Origin: Sphaerodactylus townsendi
Lineage: Eukaryota
Reading direction: 5' to 3'
NCBI RefSeq assembly: GCF_021028975.2
Contig: NC_059428.1
Location: forward strand, 40,672,001-40,736,000
DNA: 64,000 nt
Part shown: piece after piece, positions 59,490-64,000 of the stretch
Layout: the number at the start of each line of letters is the position of its first letter
Position numbering within the stretch: the stretch's first letter is position 1
Program-made: the position numbers and the translations under genes
Notes under the pieces: generated by a model
What the model saw: the letters and a program-made list of their open reading frames with translations, nothing else
Told to the model about the DNA's origin: nothing
The model's database searches: none

Positions 59490-59595
59490 CCTCTCTGGAT
59501 ATGATATTGTTATCACCACCTATAGCATCCTTGGCAAGGAAATCCCCACGCGTAACGAAGAAGCGGAGGTTGCTGCAAAGGACCACGTTTCACAG
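59490..59595 (+). CDS. TTF2: TTF2 coding exon 12 (LSGYDIVITTYSILGKEIP...)
   Basis: 106 nt, motif YDIVITTY. Confidence 0.95.
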
Positions 59596-60059
59596 GTGAA
59601 TGGAATATACACACTAGTCCTTAGGCTTTCCTAAGGTAAAAAGCACGCTTGAATGCTAAGAGACCTGCTGATTTCATAGGAAAGGCAAATATTTGTTGCT
59701 TTGGCACAGAGTAGCTATTAAGAAAGTCTATCGCACTCTGCTCATTTTTGCTCATATGCTGATCATGATTGTAATGAACCATACACGTTGGACTGTGCCA
59801 GTTTAACTCACTAAGTTAAAAAGTCCTCTGAGCAATGCCATGTGACAAGGAATAATTTAAAAACGCTTCATAAACCACTCCTTCATGCAAAACTATATTC
59901 AGGAGTCACAATTAAGTGCAAATATAGTATAGATGGGTTTGCCGTTGGAGTCAGCTTGGAAACTCCACCACTTGGTTGTTATCAGAAGCTAAGGTGGAGC
60001 ATGCATGTTGTACTGTTCTGTTGTCATTCAATTGGCTGCCCATCAGTTACCAGGATCCC

Positions 60060-60692
60060 TTCAATGTACTGGCTATTACGTTCAGAGCCTGCATGGCTTC
60101 GGATGCTTAGATCTGCAGGACCACTTCTCCTCGACTTTGTCACAACAACTTCACCCATCTGAGCAGGGCTTTCTTCAGGTGCCACCCTGTAAATGGGCAA
60201 GATAAACAATCATAGGAACACAGGCATTCTCTGTTGTGCCCAGCCCCCGGTCCTTGCGGAATGACCTGCCTAATTTGGTTGGGGAGGTTCCTATACTTCT
60301 GTCATTCTGCAAACTATGTGAAACAGAATTGTTCAGGAGTTAATTTTTATAAAGGTGACAGGCTCTATTAGAATGGTTCATGAAGCTTCTTTAATAAATT
60401 AAAAGGACGATGGGACTATAATACTCCATACAGTATGTATTATCTGTGTGCAGTGACTACTGTCTTGCTCTCACGACATTGTTTTCTATGTACATAATAC
60501 AATTTTCTGCATTGTTTAATATATCATATCTAATACCTACACTTTTGTTTTCAGATTTCTGTAATCTCTTCCCGTTACGTAGTTTAATACATGTCTCATC
60601 CTATTGATTGCATTGTCTTGCTTGTGTAATTTGCCTTGTGTGAGCAAGTAGGTATATAAAGAACATAAATAAAATAATGTAAATAAATAGAA
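60060..60692 (+). mobile_element. L2-like LINE 3' fragment
   Basis: GCATTCTCTGTTGTGCCC...TGCGGAATGACCTGCC, A-rich (TAAA)n tail. Confidence 0.5.
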
Positions 60693-61208
60693 ATACAATT
60701 TCTTCCCCATACTGATGACATGGTTTTTAACTGAATGGAAAAAATCATATGGTTGGGTCAGTGTCCTAGCATTTGAAAGCAGAAAGGGATCTGAAAACAA
60801 TTGCTAAAAGAACTTGGGAGAGGATTCCAGTGGCCAGGATATGATATTCTATACTTAATGTCTCAATCAGTCCCTCCTCATGCTGCTTCCATATTTGACA
60901 CGGAATTTAAGTCTGTGAAGTTCTAATAAGGTCTACCATATATCTTGTAGTTCAATGAGATTTTTTCAGCTTGTGTGTTATTGAATTTCAATAAGTTGGC
61001 AAAGGTTTAACTTTTTGTTTTGAAATATAAAATTGTGATTATGGAAGGTGGGAAAGAAAACTGAGAGTAACTGTAGAAAGAAAAGGTTGGTCTGATTTCC
61101 TTTTTCCTGTCAAATGTGTAGATAACTTAGATATGTTTTAATATTTTAACCTAGTTGTCAGCTTCCCATGGCTTTTGATTCTAAACCCAGATCTATTTTG
61201 CACTCTAG

Positions 61209-61393
61209 GATAAACCGTTCTCTCCCTTGCTCTGGATAAACTGGGCTAGAATTATATTGGATGAAGCACACAACATCAGAAACCCTAAAGTGCAGGCCTC
61301 AATAGCAGCCTGCAAGTTGAGAGCATCTGCCAGGTGGGCTGTAACTGGGACACCCATTCAGAACAATCTCTTGGACATGTACTCCCTGCTAAG
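61209..61393 (+). CDS. TTF2: TTF2 coding exon 13 (...[14 protein letters not shown]...[19 protein letters not shown])
   Basis: 185 nt, DEAH box and motif III. Confidence 0.97.
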
Positions 61394-61648
61394 GTGAGTT
61401 GATCATAATCAGAGATGCTTAAGAGAACTGGCTTTGTAAATCTGCAAGTGGTTTAAGCTAAGAACTTGTCACACACGGACAGCCTTGTTTGTCTAGCATC
61501 TCCATGGTGAAAACTTGGCGGGAAAAGATACTTTCTTTGAAATAGGGTAAATATTTTGCCCAGATGCTTTACATGGAAAGACCTCTCCCACCCTCCCCAA
61601 GTTCAGTAGATGACAATGGGTCATTTACCCCTCCTGTTGTCCCCATAG

Positions 61649-61802
61649 GTTTCTTCATTGCTCGCCTTTCGATGAATTCAAGGTATGGAAGAGTCAAGTG
61701 GACAATAATACAAGAAAGGGAGGAGAGAGGTTGGCTATTTTAACCAGGAGCCTCTTGTTGAGAAGAACCAAGGACCAGCTGGACTCATCTGGCAAGCCTC
61801 TA
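61649..61802 (+). CDS. TTF2: TTF2 coding exon 14 ([18 protein letters not shown]...[17 protein letters not shown])
   Basis: 154 nt, phase 2-0. Confidence 0.96.
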
Positions 61803-62159
61803 GTAATAATTGTTTTGCCACTTTTTGGATATGAAGGGGTGCTGCACAAATAACCCTGTCATCCATTTGCTAATCCCCAGCTTGATCAGAAAAGACCTAC
61901 AGTGCAGTTTGTATTGAAATGTCTTTTTTCTTAATCAATCAAGTACAAAATCTCTCTTCTAATGTTCAGCACCTCTTCTAATGTTCAGCACCTCAGAATT
62001 AGAAAAAGGGGATTGCCTAGGTTGGGACATTTAGTTCTTTGTGGGCCCAAGGCTGGTTGATATGTACAGAGATTCTAACTGTTGAAATTTTAAATGTCCC
62101 TTTTGGACTTGTTCTAAGACACATTTTTGGCTGTTTGAAAGTTATCTCTAATGCTAGGC

Positions 62160-62362
62160 TGTATGGATGGCCAAGGCTAGTCTAATCTTGTCAGACCTCA
62201 TCAGGGTTGGCCCTGGTTAGTATTTGGATGGGAGATTACCTAGGAATACCAGGTTTGTTTGCAGAGGAATTCAAGGGCAAACCATTTTTATTAGTCTCTT
62301 GACTTGAAATCCCTACTGCGTTGTCATAAGTTGGCTGTGACTTGGCAGCATTTTACACACAC
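62160..62362 (+). mobile_element. 5S-rRNA-headed SINE with Sauria/BovB-type tail
   Basis: CCTGGTTAGTATTTGGATGGGAGATTACCTAGGAATACCAGG (5S-like) and CATAAGTTGGCTGTGACTTGGCAGCA...(CA)n tail. Confidence 0.75.
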
Positions 62363-62543
62363 ATAAGGCTGGAGAATAGGTATTATAAGTTTCCCAGATT
62401 TCTGAGCTTTGGGAAGCATCACGTAAAATATGCCACGTGAATCATTCATAAGGGAAGTTATTTATGCTGCTGCTCTTAACACCTGTATTTCGCCCTGACA
62501 TCGCGATGCACATTCTGTCCATCTGGTTCTTCCCTCTGTCCAG

Positions 62544-62635
62544 GTCTCACTACCTCAACGTCTCACTCGGCTACACAGATTAAAACTCTCAGGCGCTGAA
62601 CAGTCAGTGTATGATGTGCTATTCACACGATCAAG
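62544..62635 (+). CDS. TTF2: TTF2 coding exon 15 (VSLPQRLTRLHRLKLSGAEQSVYDVLFTRS)
   Basis: 92 nt, phase 0-2. Confidence 0.94.
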
Positions 62636-63277
62636 GTATGATGGTATCTTGGAGGCCTTTCATAGCTCGTTCTACCTTGGCTACAGTTAACAGTCCCAAT
62701 ACTTCTCTTCCTGATCTCCTGTTCTCTTCTGTTACTGACTCTCACTCAACTCCCATCCCTTTCCAAATGTCTGTGACCATATATGCGATGTGTCCCTGAA
62801 AAATAATTATAACCGCTCCTCACAAACAACAGAGAACAGTGTTTTGCCTGTGCTTGAATTGTTGCCTTCTTGTTGAACTAAATCAGTAACTGCGGCTTCT
62901 CTACGGAAAAGCTTGATCCTTTCTCTATCCAGAAATGTGGGATTTCCACATTTTGTTAACTTTTTAAATTAGAATTATTAGTATTCTGTTGCCAATGTAA
63001 AGATTTCCCTAGATTGCTGGAAAGACTTGCTTTTTGTTTTAGGGGCTTGCTTAAAATTGGTAGTTTGTTAAAAATTGCATCTATAGTACAAGATCTATTG
63101 ATCTTGCTTAGTTAGAATGCAGACTTTTAAAAAGGAACTATTCTGTTGTCCTGCTGACACATGACCATGTCTTTTGTGTTAAAACTGTTCATGGTTTGCA
63201 CTGTTTGTGTGTAGAAAATGAAACTCTCACTGAGGAAATCTGTCTTGGTTGTTCAAAAATGTGCTTTGTTTAATCAG

Positions 63278-63354
63278 GTCGACGTTGCAATCCTACCTCA
63301 AGCGGCAGGAGACTCAGGCGACAGGGAGCAGTGGAGAGAACCCATTTGAGAGAG
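63278..63354 (+). CDS. TTF2: TTF2 coding exon 16 (STLQSYLKRQETQATGSSGENPFER)
   Basis: 77 nt, phase 2-1. Confidence 0.92.
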
Positions 63355-63593
63355 GTTAGAATGTGGAGTGCCCTGTTACGGTATCTGTAGAAATGTGTTA
63401 AGTGGAATCTGACAGGGGTAATCATTACTTCAAACTGTTTTGTTGCCACATTCATTTTTCTGCTCATGAGAGAATGTTGGCAACCTCTGCTGTTGTGGAG
63501 CCCTGATTAATGATCTCCGGAGGGGTTTTAAACTCTTCCTTAACTAATTACCTGTTCCTGTTGCTCTGACATGTATATTTCTCTTGCTAATAG

Positions 63594-63733
63594 CGCATCA
63601 GTTTCAAGCTGGTCAGCAGGACTCCATGGGAAAGACTAAGATAGATACTCCTTCAGTCTCTACGACTGTTCATATCTTATCCATGTTGTTGAGGCTCCGT
63701 CAGTGCTGCTGCCATCTTTCGTTGCTAAAAGTG
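63594..63733 (+). CDS. TTF2: TTF2 coding exon 17 (...[25 protein letters not shown])
   Basis: 140 nt, motif [10 protein letters not shown]. Confidence 0.94.
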
Positions 63734-63826
63734 GTAATTATGTAAAGGTCTTTAAGAGAACTGACTGCTCCCTGAGGCAGTGTCATCCAAGTGAAGAAGT
63801 TGCTGACTGTGTTCTTTTCATTGTAG

Positions 63827-63997
63827 GCTCTGGAGAAGGCCAGCTTGGACAGTGAAGGCATCTCCCTCTCACTGGAGGAGCAGCTTAGTGCTATGACCTT
63901 GTCTGAATCTGATAGCAGTGACCCTCAGTCTGTGGTGTACCTCTTTGGTTCGCCTTTTGGCGTGGATCTCTTTGAAATCACTAGACAGAGTACCAAG
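63827..63997 (+). CDS. TTF2: TTF2 coding exon 18 (ALEKASLDSEGISLSLEEQLSAMTLSE...RQSTK)
   Basis: 171 nt, followed by a GTA donor at the window end. Confidence 0.93.
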
Positions 63998-64000
63998 GTA

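Larger units (their letters stand above)
42068..63997 (+). other. TTF2: TTF2 gene span (transcription termination factor 2, SNF2-family ATPase); coding exons 1-18, 3' exons lie right of the window
   Basis: Continuous spliced frame: N-terminal zinc-finger region, GGILADDMGLGKT (motif I), LIVCPASL (Ia), IILDEAH (II), TGTPIQN (III), [17 protein letters not shown]. Confidence 0.96.

Noticed and set aside
62160-62260. 5S rRNA gene
   Set aside because: Only a degraded partial 5S match that continues into a SINE tail.

Overview
This is eukaryotic, intron-rich DNA from a vertebrate; the repeat content points to a squamate reptile, probably a gecko (inference). It holds four spliced protein-coding genes that I rebuilt by hand from GT-AG junctions and reading-frame phase. 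SFT2D2 is on the minus strand with 5 coding exons and runs off the left edge. TIPRL is on the minus strand, complete, with 7 coding exons (268 aa). GPR161 is on the plus strand, complete, with 5 coding exons (521 aa). TTF2 is on the plus strand with 18 coding exons and runs off the right edge. Gene identities rest on my recollection of the human proteins, not on a database search. Introns and intergenic DNA are packed with transposons: hAT MITEs with 8-bp target-site duplications (TSDs), TA-flanked Tc1/pogo MITEs, tRNA- and 5S-derived SINEs, CR1/L2/RTE/L1/Rex1 LINE pieces, Penelope-like elements and a Gypsy integrase remnant. Most ORFs in the supplied track are spurious or exon fragments. I found no convincing wholly new multi-gene system. 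The best leads are: a 3.3-kb non-autonomous Helitron in TTF2 intron 9 whose body is mostly a Penelope-like RT/GIY-YIG retroelement; an 82-nt pre-miRNA-like hairpin in TIPRL intron 1; a uORF or N-terminal extension at the GPR161 start; MITEs carrying ZNF143-type motifs; and a GPR161-TTF2 adjacency that differs from the human gene order.
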